Origin: Flavobacteriales bacterium
Lineage (GTDB): Bacteria > Bacteroidota > Bacteroidia > Flavobacteriales > UBA7430
Assembly: GCA_022425195.1 (NCBI GenBank)
Contig: JAKMFX010000040.1
Location: 136,029 to 200,028 of the forward strand
Direction: 5' to 3'
DNA length: 64,000 nt
Under the pieces are notes generated by a model. It was given only the letters and a program-made list of their open reading frames with translations. It did not search any database and was not told where the DNA came from. Positions 1 through 10,573 of the stretch are shown here, in pieces. The translations under genes and the position numbers were made by a program. The first letter of the stretch is position 1; every line of letters begins with the position of its first letter.

Positions 1-234
1 GTGAAACTCTTGTTCTATTTTATTAAATAAAGATCCATAAGGAGCTTGATCTAGTGCATCCGTTTCATCTGAAACTTCCGACTGAATATCATCCGCAAAA
101 GCTTGTACTTGGTGCGTAATTTCTTCGTCGGTGTGATGGCCTGCTCCCTTAATAAAGCCATAGCCTAAGGCAAAAATACCTGTAAGCATTAATACCAAGG
201 AAATGAGCTTTGTATTTTTAGTAACCGTATACAT
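1..234 (-). CDS. actF: Alternative complex III subunit ActF-like membrane protein (N-terminal part only; gene runs off the window start)
   Basis: The reverse-complement ATG is at 232-234 and the frame stays open to base 1, so with no stop it is absent from the ORF track. The translation MYTVTKNTKLISLVLMLTGIFALGYGFIKGAGHH... begins with a TM helix. Its position directly downstream of actE fits actABCDEF order. Confidence 0.55.
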   Translation of the reverse strand, partial: MYTVTKNTKLISLVLMLTGIFALGYGFIKGAGHHTDEEITHQVQAFADDIQSEVSDETDALDQAPYGSLFNKIEQEFH

Positions 235-257
235 GGTTCGCTTTCTTGTTAAGGTTA

Positions 258-851
258 TTAATTAGATCCTTTTTGTAGTTCATGTACATAATGTACAATC
301 TTCCAACGTTCTTCTTTGCTTAATTGACTCGCATGCGGACCCATAGCATTTAAACCATAAGTAAGTGCATGGAAAATATGGCCACTTTTAAGCTCACTCA
401 TAGAAGACCCTGTTCTTCGTGGTGCTACCTCATCAGTGTAAGAAGGAATCCCACCATAGACGGGGTGACTGATGGAACCTTTTCCATCTCCATCAGCTCC
501 ATGACAATGTTGACAGAACATTTGGTAAAGCTGCTTTCCTTCGTCTAGCACTTTGTCATTCAAAGCAATTGGATTCTTTAACGCGCGTCCGGCTTTAAGG
601 TAATCCTCGAGTGTGTTTTCGTACTCAAAGGGAACAAAACCTCTAGGTATGGTTCCTTGAACAGGTAATTGAGAGGTGATCCCATTTTCAAAAATTGGAT
701 TCTCTGTATAGGTGTCGTAATATGCCGAACGATACATATTTGGCATGAACTCATAGCCAGGATGATTGCCCTCAGCACCACAGGATTGCAGCACCAAAGT
801 AGCCATTACAGTTGCTAGAGTTAAAGATACGATCTTGTTTACTTTTTTCAT
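258..851 (-). CDS. actE: Alternative complex III monohaem cytochrome c lipoprotein subunit ActE
   Basis: It has a lipoprotein-type signal (TLVLQSCG) and a single haem c motif (CQHCH). It follows actD. Confidence 0.8.
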   Translation of the reverse strand: MKKVNKIVSLTLATVMATLVLQSCGAEGNHPGYEFMPNMYRSAYYDTYTENPIFENGITSQLPVQGTIPRGFVPFEYENTLEDYLKAGRALKNPIALNDKVLDEGKQLYQMFCQHCHGADGDGKGSISHPVYGGIPSYTDEVAPRRTGSSMSELKSGHIFHALTYGLNAMGPHASQLSKEERWKIVHYVHELQKGSN

Positions 852-863
852 GGTATAGATCGG

Positions 864-1388
864 TTAGGCGATTTTTTCTTCTTTCACTTCTACCGCTCCT
901 GTCTCTTTGATCAAGGCGATAATCTCAGCCTCATTTCCATGGGCTTCAACTTCCATCAAGAACATATCATCAGTAGTTCTTGGGTCTGGGCTGGTTTCAG
1001 TAGAACCAGGATACAGCTTACAACGTATTAAGTAGGTAAGTACCATCAAGTGCGCTGCAAAAAATACAGTCAACTCAAATCCAATAGGAATGAATGCAGG
1101 TAGGTTCTCTACAAAAGTAAAGTTGGGTTTACCTCCGATAATCATTGGCCAATCTTCAATCATCATGTACCACATCATCAGCATACCAAGAAATAAACCT
1201 GTACAGCCGTAAATGAATGAGGTGATTGCCAAACGCGTAGGCTTTAAACCTAATGCGTGGTCTAGTCCATGTATAGGAAATGGTGAATACACCTCGTCGA
1301 TGTTAAGGCCTTTTGCACGGATGTCTTTAACCGCTTTTAAGATCACATCATCGTCATCGTAGATTCCGTAAATTACTTTTTTACTCAT
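864..1388 (-). CDS. actD: Alternative complex III membrane subunit ActD (DUF3341-like)
   Basis: This is a small protein with two central hydrophobic helices. It overlaps actC by 8 nt and sits at the conserved operon position. Confidence 0.75.
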   Translation of the reverse strand: MSKKVIYGIYDDDDVILKAVKDIRAKGLNIDEVYSPFPIHGLDHALGLKPTRLAITSFIYGCTGLFLGMLMMWYMMIEDWPMIIGGKPNFTFVENLPAFIPIGFELTVFFAAHLMVLTYLIRCKLYPGSTETSPDPRTTDDMFLMEVEAHGNEAEIIALIKETGAVEVKEEKIA

Positions 1389-2757
1389 GACTCTTATTTT
1401 TACTTTGAGAACTAGATGATTTCACAATCGTTTTCAATTCTGCTTGAGCGATCACAGGGAAAGTTCTTGCGTACAGTAAAAACAACACGAAGAAGAATCC
1501 TATCGTTCCAACGAATATACCGATATCCACAAATGTTGGAGAGAACATCGTCCAAGAAGATGGAAGGTAATCTCTATGTAGAGAGGTAACAATAATTACA
1601 AAACGTTCAAACCACATTCCAATGTTTACAACGATAGAAATGAAGAAGGTAAATCCAATACTCGTTCTCAATTTCTTAGACCACATGAACTGTGGAGAGA
1701 ATACGTTACATGTCATCATTGCCCAATAAGCCCACCAGTATGGTCCTGTTGCTCTGTTGAGGAATGCATATTGTTCAAATTCAACACCCGAATACCATGC
1801 GATAAATAACTCGGTGATGTAAGCAACACCTACGATCGATCCGGTTACCATAATTACGATGTTCATGTATTCGATGTGCTTAATGGTAATGTAAGCTTCC
1901 ATATGAACCACCTTACGCATCACCAACAATAAGGTTTGCACCATGGCGAATCCAGAGAATATCGCACCAGCAACAAAGTAAGGAGGGAATATAGTCGTAT
2001 GCCATCCAGGGATTACGGAAGTAGCAAAGTCCATAGATACAATCGTGTGTACAGAAAGTACCAGCGGAGTAGCTAAACCTGCAAGGACAAGTGAAAGCTC
2101 TTCAAAGCGTTGCCAGTGTTTTGCTTTTCCGGACCATCCGAAAGATAGAATCGTATAAATCTTCTTAGCCATAGGCTTAACAGCTCTGTCACGAATCATG
2201 GCAAAATCAGGAATCAATCCCATGTACCAGAACACTAATGAAACCGTCAGATAAGTAGAAATCGCAAATACGTCCCACAACAGTGGTGAGTTAAAGTTGA
2301 CCCATAGAGAACCAAAGTTGTTTGGCAAAGGCAAAACCCAGTAAGCCAACCATGGTCTACCCATGTGGAAAATTGGGAAGAGTCCTGCTTGAACAACGGC
2401 AAAAATAGTCATTGCCTCTGCAGAACGGTTGATTGACAAACGCCATTTTTGTCGGAATAACAACAATACGGCAGAGATCAGTGTACCGGCGTGACCAATA
2501 CCTACCCACCATACGAAGTTGGTAATATCCCAAGCCCAACCAATGGTTTTGTTAAGTCCCCAGACACCGATTCCTGTTCCGGCTGTGTAAGCCAAACATC
2601 CAGCACCCCACAAAAATGCTGCAAGTGCAAATAGGAACAAAGCCCACCACCATTTGTTAGCCTTACCTTCTATTGGACGAGCCACATCTTCTGTGATGTC
2701 GTGTAACGTCTTATCCTCGAGGATAAGTGGCTCTCTAATTGGAGATTCGTAATGCAT
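1381..2757 (-). CDS. actC: Alternative complex III quinol-binding NrfD/PsrC-like membrane subunit ActC
   Basis: The 458-aa protein is polytopic and W/F-rich, of NrfD type, and lies immediately downstream of actB. Confidence 0.85.
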   Translation of the reverse strand: MHYESPIREPLILEDKTLHDITEDVARPIEGKANKWWWALFLFALAAFLWGAGCLAYTAGTGIGVWGLNKTIGWAWDITNFVWWVGIGHAGTLISAVLLLFRQKWRLSINRSAEAMTIFAVVQAGLFPIFHMGRPWLAYWVLPLPNNFGSLWVNFNSPLLWDVFAISTYLTVSLVFWYMGLIPDFAMIRDRAVKPMAKKIYTILSFGWSGKAKHWQRFEELSLVLAGLATPLVLSVHTIVSMDFATSVIPGWHTTIFPPYFVAGAIFSGFAMVQTLLLVMRKVVHMEAYITIKHIEYMNIVIMVTGSIVGVAYITELFIAWYSGVEFEQYAFLNRATGPYWWAYWAMMTCNVFSPQFMWSKKLRTSIGFTFFISIVVNIGMWFERFVIIVTSLHRDYLPSSWTMFSPTFVDIGIFVGTIGFFFVLFLLYARTFPVIAQAELKTIVKSSSSQSKNKSHE

Positions 2758-2776
2758 TTGTCTATCTAATTAAATT

Positions 2777-5700
2777 TTATCCTTTGTTACGTACTTTTGT
2801 TTGATACCAAACAGAAGGTTGTGTGTTTAACTCTTCCAATAAGTGGTATGCTCTTGGGCTCTTAGACTCCGTGTATACTTCCGATTTTTCATCAAGTACA
2901 TCACCAAAAGTTAAAGCGCCTGTATCACATGCTATAGAACATGCTGTTTGTGCTTCGCCTGCGCGAAGTTTTCGGCCGTCTTTCTTGGCGTCTAACTTCA
3001 CTTTTTGAAGCATTTGAATACACATAGAACATTTTTCCATGACACCACGTGAACGAACAACCACATCAGGGTTCAACACCATCTTACCAAGGTCGTCATT
3101 CATGTAGAAGTCAAACTGATCGTTTTCTGAATAGTTGAACCAGTTGAATCGACGTACTTTGTAAGGACAGTTATTTGCACAATAACGGGTACCCACACAA
3201 CGGTTGTACGTCATATGATTCAGTCCTTCTCTAGAGTGTGTTGTTGCAGCAACTGGACAAACGGTTTCACAAGGAGCGTGATTACAGTGCTGACACATCA
3301 CCGGTTGGAAAACAACTTCTAAAGACTCTGCTTCAGAGGCTACTTCCATGGCTAGATACTTGTCGATGGTAGAAACTTCTTCTTCTTCGGCACGCTCTTC
3401 AGTCATGTCACTTGAGTAATACCGGTCAATTCGCAACCAGTGCATATCACGTGAGCGACGAATCTCTTCTTTACCCACAACAGGAACATTGTTTTCTGCA
3501 TGACAAGCAATAACACAAGCCCCACAACCTGTACATCCGTTCAGGTCTACAGATAAGTTCCACCAGTGAACATCTCTATCGTGCTCTTCCCAAAGTGTAA
3601 TTTTTTCAGGTTCTAAAGGTCCTTTGTGGGTCTCTAGCATCATCTGTTCGTTACCTGATCTAGGGTCTTGTTGGTAGGCATCTAGTGTCGTCTCTTTTAC
3701 AATACGATCTCTGCCCATCATGGTGTGATGAAGCTGCGTACATGCAAATTCATGAACCTCACCTTCTACCTTAGACAAGCTTGCGTTGGATAGTGTCGTG
3801 TTAAAATCACTTGCCAAAGCAAAGGCGTTTACACCAACTCCATCTCCAGCTTTACCTACACCTTGACGCCCATAACCAAGAGCTAAACCTACAGTTTTGT
3901 AGGCTTGACCTGGCTGGATCAATACAGGAACTCGTAGTGTTGTTCCGCCAACGGTTAAATCAACTACGTCACCATTTAAGGCTCCGTTAGAAACATACTC
4001 ATTGTTAAGACCTAACTCTTTTGCAAAACGCGGAGACACAGTCAAATAGTTATCCCATGTGGTTTTTGATATGGGATCAGGAAGTTCTTGCAACCATGGA
4101 TTGTTGGCATATTCCCCAGATCCAATACCTGTTTTTGAATACAAGACCAAATCAATCGAGTCAGAAGACAATTTGCTTAATGCTTTTGTGGCACTAACGA
4201 TTGAACCTCTTCGTGTCAAAGACCTTTCAGTAGCTTTTGAAGTGTAAACCCCATCATGCAATGCCGTGTTCCATGAAGTAGAACCTAAGACATATCGATT
4301 CCAATAAGTTTTAACATAAGAATAGAAATCGTCTCCAAGACCCGTCCACGACATCAACGAAGCTTGCGCTTGTCTTGTGTTAAATAGCGGGTTGATCGTT
4401 GGTTGCACTAAGGCATATACTCCCGTGTAAGGGTTTGCATCTCCCCAACTCTCTAGGTAGTTGTGGTCAGGACATACATAATCTACTAGAGAAGTAGTTT
4501 CATCATTCTTTGAAGCAAAAGAAACAGATAAGTCAACCTTAGAAAGCGCTTCTGCAAAATCAGCTCCTTCGGCTAAATTGTATACCGGATTGGCGTTGTA
4601 AGCAATTAAAGCACCTACTTTCCCAGCTTTCATATCATTCAACAAAGTAGCAACATCAGCGTCGTTACCTTGCTTTAGGTAAGATCGTTTTTTGAAATCG
4701 ATCGTTTTACCCATGTTATCTAACAAGTCATTAATTGCATTAACGACTGTATGTATGTTTTTATCATTACCTCCTGCGACGACCAAAGACTTTCCTTTCG
4801 CATCCCAAAGGTCGTTTGCTGCTTTTTGAAGCTGCGTGTTGTAACCAGAAGCAGGAGTGTTAACTAACTTAGCGCCGGCCTTTTTAGCCACAAGATTATA
4901 AAGCGTCACCAAGGCAACACCTAATTCAGAAGCCTTAACCGGCGTTCTATAATCGGCATTAGCACCCGTTAAAGATAAGTTAGACTCAAACTGATAGTGA
5001 CGAGACATTGGACTTGCATTCGGATTTCGCTTGGCAGCATAATCTTTACCATGACCAGAATCAAGCCAGTCACCGATAAAATCTGCAGCAAAAGAAACCA
5101 CTACATCTGCCTTGTCAAAATGATAGGTAGGTAGCGCTCTTACTCCAAAGCTTTCTTTATTTGCATCTAACATCGCAGATACAGAAAGTGCGTCATAAGT
5201 AACGTGCTTTGCACCGTACTTAGAAGCAAATTCTTTGATGACCGCTTTTGTAGAAGGAGATACAATTGAAGAACTCAACAACACCACTTGTTTACCAGAG
5301 CTTTTCGCAGCATTTAATCCTTTCACAATGGCTCTATCGGCCTTTCTCCATGATGTTTTTTGACCTTTTGCCGTAGGTTCTTTCAAACGAGAAGAATCGT
5401 ACAAGTTCAAGACAGAAGCCTGAACACGTGCTGTAATCCCCCCTTCTTTACTTAAATCATTTGCTTTCAAAAAGATAGGACGACCTTCACGATTCTTTAC
5501 CAATAAACTGGCATAATCGTTACCATCGTAAAAACTCGAAGCATACCAATTTGCATTCCCCGCAATGGTTTCTTCGGGCTTTACTACAAATGGTATCACT
5601 TTTTGTACGGGCGCCTCACAAGCTGCTAAAGATGCCGCCGCTGTACTAAAGCCTAAAAACTTTAAGAAATCACGACGTGAGGTTGAAGATTCTGATAGTT

Positions 5701-5827
5701 TCTCTTCATCACCTAAAAAAGCTTCTGTTGGCAGTTTTTCGGCAAATTCTTTGTGTTGCAACTGCTCCAGTTCTGGATTGTTTGCCAACTCACCTAAACC
5801 TTGGAAATATGTTTTCTTTGTAGCCAT
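2777..5827 (-). CDS. actB: Alternative complex III iron-sulfur / molybdopterin-oxidoreductase-like subunit ActB
   Basis: It carries a Tat signal (SRRDFLKFLGF) and a large molybdopterin-oxidoreductase-like region. The C-terminal part has ferredoxin Cys clusters (CTGCGACVIAC, CQHCNHAPC, CVGTRYCANNCPY). Confidence 0.9.
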   Translation of the reverse strand: MATKKTYFQGLGELANNPELEQLQHKEFAEKLPTEAFLGDEEKLSESSTSRRDFLKFLGFSTAAASLAACEAPVQKVIPFVVKPEETIAGNANWYASSFYDGNDYASLLVKNREGRPIFLKANDLSKEGGITARVQASVLNLYDSSRLKEPTAKGQKTSWRKADRAIVKGLNAAKSSGKQVVLLSSSIVSPSTKAVIKEFASKYGAKHVTYDALSVSAMLDANKESFGVRALPTYHFDKADVVVSFAADFIGDWLDSGHGKDYAAKRNPNASPMSRHYQFESNLSLTGANADYRTPVKASELGVALVTLYNLVAKKAGAKLVNTPASGYNTQLQKAANDLWDAKGKSLVVAGGNDKNIHTVVNAINDLLDNMGKTIDFKKRSYLKQGNDADVATLLNDMKAGKVGALIAYNANPVYNLAEGADFAEALSKVDLSVSFASKNDETTSLVDYVCPDHNYLESWGDANPYTGVYALVQPTINPLFNTRQAQASLMSWTGLGDDFYSYVKTYWNRYVLGSTSWNTALHDGVYTSKATERSLTRRGSIVSATKALSKLSSDSIDLVLYSKTGIGSGEYANNPWLQELPDPISKTTWDNYLTVSPRFAKELGLNNEYVSNGALNGDVVDLTVGGTTLRVPVLIQPGQAYKTVGLALGYGRQGVGKAGDGVGVNAFALASDFNTTLSNASLSKVEGEVHEFACTQLHHTMMGRDRIVKETTLDAYQQDPRSGNEQMMLETHKGPLEPEKITLWEEHDRDVHWWNLSVDLNGCTGCGACVIACHAENNVPVVGKEEIRRSRDMHWLRIDRYYSSDMTEERAEEEEVSTIDKYLAMEVASEAESLEVVFQPVMCQHCNHAPCETVCPVAATTHSREGLNHMTYNRCVGTRYCANNCPYKVRRFNWFNYSENDQFDFYMNDDLGKMVLNPDVVVRSRGVMEKCSMCIQMLQKVKLDAKKDGRKLRAGEAQTACSIACDTGALTFGDVLDEKSEVYTESKSPRAYHLLEELNTQPSVWYQTKVRNKG

Positions 5828-5848
5828 CTTGATTATTTCCTTTTCTAA

Positions 5849-7084
5849 TTAGTAGTGACACTTACCACATTCAAGTCCACCAATTTTATCCACTGAAATA
5901 TCTTCACCATGATATTTCTCAACCCAATTTTCACTGAGGTCGTGATAATAGGCATTCGCAGTGTCAACTTTATGCTCTCTGTGACAGTCGATACACCAGC
6001 CCATCGTTAAGGATGAGTACTGCTCTACAACTTCCATCTCTTCGATAGGGCCGTGACAAGTTTGACACTCCACACCAGCAACATTTACGTGTTGAGAATG
6101 ATTGAAATACGCTAAATCAGGTAGATTGTGAACTCTAATCCACTCGATCGGTTTTTGCTCGTAACCTTCTATATATGTTCGAGACTCTGGATCGAAACCA
6201 ATTGCATCGTATATTTTTGCAATCTCTTCTTTTCCGCTTTCAGATTCCCCAGCAATATAGGTGTGACAATTCATACAAACATTCGCAGAAGGAACACCGG
6301 CACTTTTACTATGACGTGCTCCACTGTGACAATAATTACAATCTACTCCATTTTCACCCGCGTGTATTTTGTGGGAAAAAGCAATAGGTTGTTCAGGTTG
6401 ATATCCCTTTTGGACACCTACGGTTAACAAACCATCCCAAGCACCGCCCAGAGCGTAAAGCAACATAAATATGCAGAACAAAGCGATGACAATTGGAGTT
6501 TGCTTTAACCAAATCAATGCACTTTCCAATAGACTGCTTGTCTCTTGACCTTTAATTTCTTTAAGCACATTTTTTATGCGTGCCAAAACAAATGCGAACA
6601 GGAGTAACATTACTAATGCCGCAACAAGAACAACCATTGTGTTTGAGGTAGCGCTAGCTTCTCCATCAACACCAACCTCAGCTACATCTACAACGACCTC
6701 AGCAGGTCCTTGCTCGATATAAGCTAAAACGTTATCCAGGTCCTCATCGGAAAAATACGGGAAAGCCGGCATAGCAGACTTGTTGTATTCTTCATAGACA
6801 GCAATTGCAGCTTCATCACCACTTGCTATAAGCTCCGCAGAATTTCGAATCCAAGAATACAACCATTCAGTGGTGTATTCTTCAAGAGTATGATCTGCCA
6901 AACCAGGGCCAATTAACTTCTTACTCTCAGGTCCTAAGTAGTGGCAGGATGCACAATTACTTGAAAACAATTCTTCACCAAGTTCTATAGATTGGGCAAA
7001 CCCAAGCTGAATTGTGGTAAAAAATAATAAGGCAAAAAGACTTAATCTCTTCCTACCGTTTGACTTACAATGTTGACTTGTCAT
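5849..7084 (-). CDS. actA: Alternative complex III multihaem cytochrome c subunit ActA (six CxxCH motifs)
   Basis: Six haem motifs are present: CASCH, CNYCH, CMNCH, CQTCH, CIDCH and CGKCH. There is a signal peptide and there are internal TM helices. It is the first gene of the operon. Confidence 0.85.
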   Translation of the reverse strand: MTSQHCKSNGRKRLSLFALLFFTTIQLGFAQSIELGEELFSSNCASCHYLGPESKKLIGPGLADHTLEEYTTEWLYSWIRNSAELIASGDEAAIAVYEEYNKSAMPAFPYFSDEDLDNVLAYIEQGPAEVVVDVAEVGVDGEASATSNTMVVLVAALVMLLLFAFVLARIKNVLKEIKGQETSSLLESALIWLKQTPIVIALFCIFMLLYALGGAWDGLLTVGVQKGYQPEQPIAFSHKIHAGENGVDCNYCHSGARHSKSAGVPSANVCMNCHTYIAGESESGKEEIAKIYDAIGFDPESRTYIEGYEQKPIEWIRVHNLPDLAYFNHSQHVNVAGVECQTCHGPIEEMEVVEQYSSLTMGWCIDCHREHKVDTANAYYHDLSENWVEKYHGEDISVDKIGGLECGKCHY

Positions 7085-7131
7085 AATAATACGCTCTTTG
7101 TAACAATTTAAGTAGCCTAATTAATAGAATG

Positions 7132-7139
7132 CAAAAATA
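7132..7139 (-). promoter_or_regulatory. Candidate Bacteroidota -7 box (TATTTTTG on the minus strand) for the act operon
   Basis: Plus-strand caaaaata is the reverse complement of TAnnTTTG, about 48 nt upstream of the actA ATG. Confidence 0.35.
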
Positions 7140-7230
7140 ATATATTCATGCGTCAGCCAATAACAGAACGACATAATTTCAATAGTTTATAACCATTCTA
7201 AATAGTAATTCTGGTGTTGGGCAATTTGCT

Positions 7231-7238
7231 TACATTTG
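7231..7238 (+). promoter_or_regulatory. Candidate -7 box TACATTTG for the SPOR-like gene
   Basis: It matches TAnnTTTG and ends 17 nt upstream of the ATG at 7255. Confidence 0.35.
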
Positions 7239-7254
7239 CTGAAAATAAATACCC

Positions 7255-7677
7255 ATGACGAATAAAAAACTATTTGCTTTTGCCTTATGCATCCCGCTGT
7301 TTGCTCTCAGTCAAAACGAGAGCGAAAACAAGCAGTTCATAGATAGAGACACCACAAAAGCAAAATTGGTTTATGTGAACACCTCACGAGTAGATGATTT
7401 ATTAGAAAAACAAAAAAGAATCAACTCGAACACAGTTAGCGTATTCAGGATTCAAATCTATTCCGGTAACAGAAATGGATCGACAGAAGCTCAAGAGCGC
7501 TTCAACGAAATATACCCTGAAGACAAAGCAGAAACGTCTTACGAACAGCCTTATTTCAAAACAAAGGTAAATGTCTTCAGAACTCGACTAGATGCAGAAA
7601 GAACACTTAAAAATTACAAGAAATACTTCAAAAATGCATTCATTTTTGAAGAGGTGATCCCCATTGATAAATTATAA
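7255..7677 (+). CDS. SPOR-domain-like secreted protein
   Basis: It has a signal peptide. The C-terminal ~70 aa (FRIQIYSGNRNG...AQERF...YFKTKVNVFRTRLDAERTLKNYKK) has the SPOR-like beta-alpha-beta-beta pattern. Confidence 0.55.
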   Translation: MTNKKLFAFALCIPLFALSQNESENKQFIDRDTTKAKLVYVNTSRVDDLLEKQKRINSNTVSVFRIQIYSGNRNGSTEAQERFNEIYPEDKAETSYEQPYFKTKVNVFRTRLDAERTLKNYKKYFKNAFIFEEVIPIDKL

Positions 7678-7683
7678 TAAAAC

Positions 7684-7714
7684 AAAAAACTCCGCATAAT
7701 GCGGAGTTTTTTTT
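7684..7714. terminator. Bidirectional intrinsic terminator between the SPOR-like gene and infB
   Basis: The sequence aaaaaactccgc-ataat-gcggagtttttttt forms a perfect stem flanked by an A-run and a T-run. Confidence 0.75.
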
Positions 7715-7732
7715 GTCTCATATCATGAAATA

Positions 7733-10525
7733 CTAGAGCGTTTTCTTAACTTCTACCTGCTCGTAACCTTCTATGATATCACCAATTTTTATGTCATTGA
7801 ACTTCTCGATGTTCAAACCACACTCGTAACCTTTCGCAACTTCTTTTACATCATCTTTGAAGCGCTTCAGAGAGCCTAAGCCACCTGTATAAATAACGAC
7901 TCCATCACGTATAAGACGCACGTCTGTATTTCTGGTGATTTTACCATCAAGCACATAACAACCGGCAATCGTTCCCACCTTCGATACTTTAAAGGTTTCA
8001 CGTACTTCTATGTTACAAACAATTTCTTCTTTAGTGTCTGGAGAAAGCATTCCTTCCATGGCTTCTTTCACCTCATTGATGGCGTCGTAGATAATAGAGT
8101 ACAATCGAATATCGATTTGCTCTTTCTCTGCCAACTTACGAGCGGAAATGGAAGGTCTAACTTGGAATCCGATAACAATCGCATCTGAAGCAGTAGCCAA
8201 TAAAATATCTGATTCCGAAATTTGACCTACAGCCTTGTGAATGATATTTACCTGAATTGAATCCGTTGATAGTTTTTGAAGGGAATCAGAAAGAGCTTCA
8301 ATAGACCCATCTACATCACCTTTCAATATAATGTTAAGCTCTTTGAAATCACCAAGGGCAAGACGTCTTCCAATCTCATCAAGCGTAAGGTGCTTTTGAG
8401 TTCTGATAGACTGCTCTCGCTGTAACTGTGTTCTCTTTAAAGCGATAGATTTTGCTTCGCGCTCATCGGTCATCACGTTAAAGTTATCACCCGCTTGAGG
8501 GGCTCCACTTAAACCTAAAATACTTACTGGTGCGGAAGGCCCTGCCAACTCAACATTGTGCCCTCGTTCATTAAACATGGCCTTTACTTTCCCAGTATAA
8601 TGTCCGGCCAAAAGGAAATCACCAACTTTTAGTGTCCCAGCTTGAACCAGCATGGTGGTTACAAAACCTTTTCCTTTATCCAGCGAGGCTTCTATAATAG
8701 ATCCGATGGCTGATTTATTTGGATTGGCCTTAAGATCTAACATCTCAGCCTCCAACATGACCTTTTCAAGCAACTCTTCAACCCCCTGACCTTGTTTGGC
8801 AGAAACATCGTGTGATTGGAATTTACCACCCCAATCCTCAACCAATAAATCCATCGCAGCTAACTGCTCTTTAATTTTGTCTGGATTTGCATTGGGTTTA
8901 TCAATTTTGTTAATCGCAAATACAATAGGCACATCCGCGGCTTGAGCATGAGAAATCGCTTCTTTTGTTTGAGGCATGATTTCATCATCTGCAGCGATGA
9001 CAATAATCGCAATGTCTGTGACTTGAGCACCACGTGCACGCATGGCTGTAAAGGCCTCGTGACCTGGAGTATCGATGAAAGTAATTCGCTTACCACTCTT
9101 TAACTCGACTTCATAAGCCCCAATATGCTGAGTAATTCCTCCAGCTTCTCCAGCGATTACATTTGCATGACGAACATAATCCAACAAGGAAGTTTTCCCG
9201 TGATCAACATGTCCCATAACAGTAACAATAGGAGACCTAGCGCTTAAATCCTCCGGATTGTCTTCGTGTTCTACGATGGATTCTTGAACCTCTGCACTTA
9301 CAAATTCAACTTCGTAACCAAATTCATCGGCAACAATGGTCAAAGTTTCAGCATCCAAACGTTGGTTCATGGTTACCATGATTCCCAACATCATACATGA
9401 GGATATAATCTGAGTAACCTGAACGTTCATCATGGTGGCCAGTTCATTAACCGTAACAAATTCTGTTACCTTAATGACCTTACTTGCTTCATCTGCAAGC
9501 ATCTGATCCATGGCGTCTTGTTCTCTACGCTCATCTCGCTTAGACCTTCTGTGCTTAGACCCTTTGGACTTTCCTTTACCGGTTAGTTTATCTAGGGTTT
9601 CTGCAATCTTCTTTTGGATTTCTTCCTCTGTAGGCTCAACCTTGGCTACTTTTGGTTTTCTTCCTTTATTTCCTCCAGCCTTTTGATTAGGGCGAGCAGG
9701 TTTACCTGCCGCATTTGGTCCTTGGCTAATTCTTTTTCTTTTCTTCTTATTGTCTTTATTTCCTGCCGGATTGCTCGAAGAAGCTACTTTCTTTTTGGGT
9801 TTAGAAAACTGACTTAAATCAATGACTTGACCAGTCAATTTTGGACCAGAAAGCGTCTTAGACCTTCCTTTTAAAACCTCTTCTTCCTTCTTCTCAACAG
9901 GCTTTTCTTTTGGCTTTTCCTCCGTTTTATTGAACTTTTCAACCTTAACTTGGGTAATATTCTCATCCTTTACAGGCTTATTGACATCAATCTTTCCAAC
10001 TTGTTTTGGGCCTGTTCCCGACAAGGCTCCTTTCGCCTTGATGACCTCTTTCTTTTTGGTCTTAGGAGCTTCTGAAGCGGCTTCTGGTTGAGTAGGCTTA
10101 ACCTCTATGGAAGGTGTTGAAGCCTTTTCTTCTGATGCCGGTGCTTGGGTTGCAGGTTCAACAACTTCATCAGAGGGAGCTTCTTCTTTCGCAGAAGATG
10201 TGGCTTTGGGTTGTACGTCTATTTTACCGACCATTTTTGGACCGGTTAAATCCGACTTTGCTTTTATCACTTCTTCTTTTTGTGTAGACTTAACAGCAAC
10301 AGAGGCTTTAATGGCTTCTTTCTCTTCAAGTCTTTCTTGAGCAACTTCAAGTGAGCGTTTGTGCTGCTCAACATCAGCCATAAACTGCTGCTTCAACAAC
10401 TCATAAGCTTCCGGAGTGATCTTGGTATTTGGACGGCCGTCGATTTCTATCCCCTTAGAGGCTAGATGGTCTACGACATTCGCAATACCAACATTTAATT
10501 CTTTTGCAACCTTACTTAATCTCAT
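7733..10525 (-). CDS. infB: Translation initiation factor IF-2
   Basis: The GTPase motifs [13 protein letters not shown] and NKID are present. The N-terminal region is long and K/E/P-rich, and the gene follows nusA. Confidence 0.97.
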   Translation of the reverse strand: MRLSKVAKELNVGIANVVDHLASKGIEIDGRPNTKITPEAYELLKQQFMADVEQHKRSLEVAQERLEEKEAIKASVAVKSTQKEEVIKAKSDLTGPKMVGKIDVQPKATSSAKEEAPSDEVVEPATQAPASEEKASTPSIEVKPTQPEAASEAPKTKKKEVIKAKGALSGTGPKQVGKIDVNKPVKDENITQVKVEKFNKTEEKPKEKPVEKKEEEVLKGRSKTLSGPKLTGQVIDLSQFSKPKKKVASSSNPAGNKDNKKKRKRISQGPNAAGKPARPNQKAGGNKGRKPKVAKVEPTEEEIQKKIAETLDKLTGKGKSKGSKHRRSKRDERREQDAMDQMLADEASKVIKVTEFVTVNELATMMNVQVTQIISSCMMLGIMVTMNQRLDAETLTIVADEFGYEVEFVSAEVQESIVEHEDNPEDLSARSPIVTVMGHVDHGKTSLLDYVRHANVIAGEAGGITQHIGAYEVELKSGKRITFIDTPGHEAFTAMRARGAQVTDIAIIVIAADDEIMPQTKEAISHAQAADVPIVFAINKIDKPNANPDKIKEQLAAMDLLVEDWGGKFQSHDVSAKQGQGVEELLEKVMLEAEMLDLKANPNKSAIGSIIEASLDKGKGFVTTMLVQAGTLKVGDFLLAGHYTGKVKAMFNERGHNVELAGPSAPVSILGLSGAPQAGDNFNVMTDEREAKSIALKRTQLQREQSIRTQKHLTLDEIGRRLALGDFKELNIILKGDVDGSIEALSDSLQKLSTDSIQVNIIHKAVGQISESDILLATASDAIVIGFQVRPSISARKLAEKEQIDIRLYSIIYDAINEVKEAMEGMLSPDTKEEIVCNIEVRETFKVSKVGTIAGCYVLDGKITRNTDVRLIRDGVVIYTGGLGSLKRFKDDVKEVAKGYECGLNIEKFNDIKIGDIIEGYEQVEVKKTL

Positions 10526-10573
10526 GCTTGCTAGTTATCTTGTAGCGTTTTCGTTTTGTACAACTCGTGCCGT

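Noticed and set aside
9818-10276. A three-fold repeat in the IF-2 N-terminal region ([20 protein letters not shown] / [22 protein letters not shown] / [22 protein letters not shown]).
   Set aside because: It is real, but it lies in the variable low-complexity N-terminal region typical of IF-2. I see no reason to think it is unusual.
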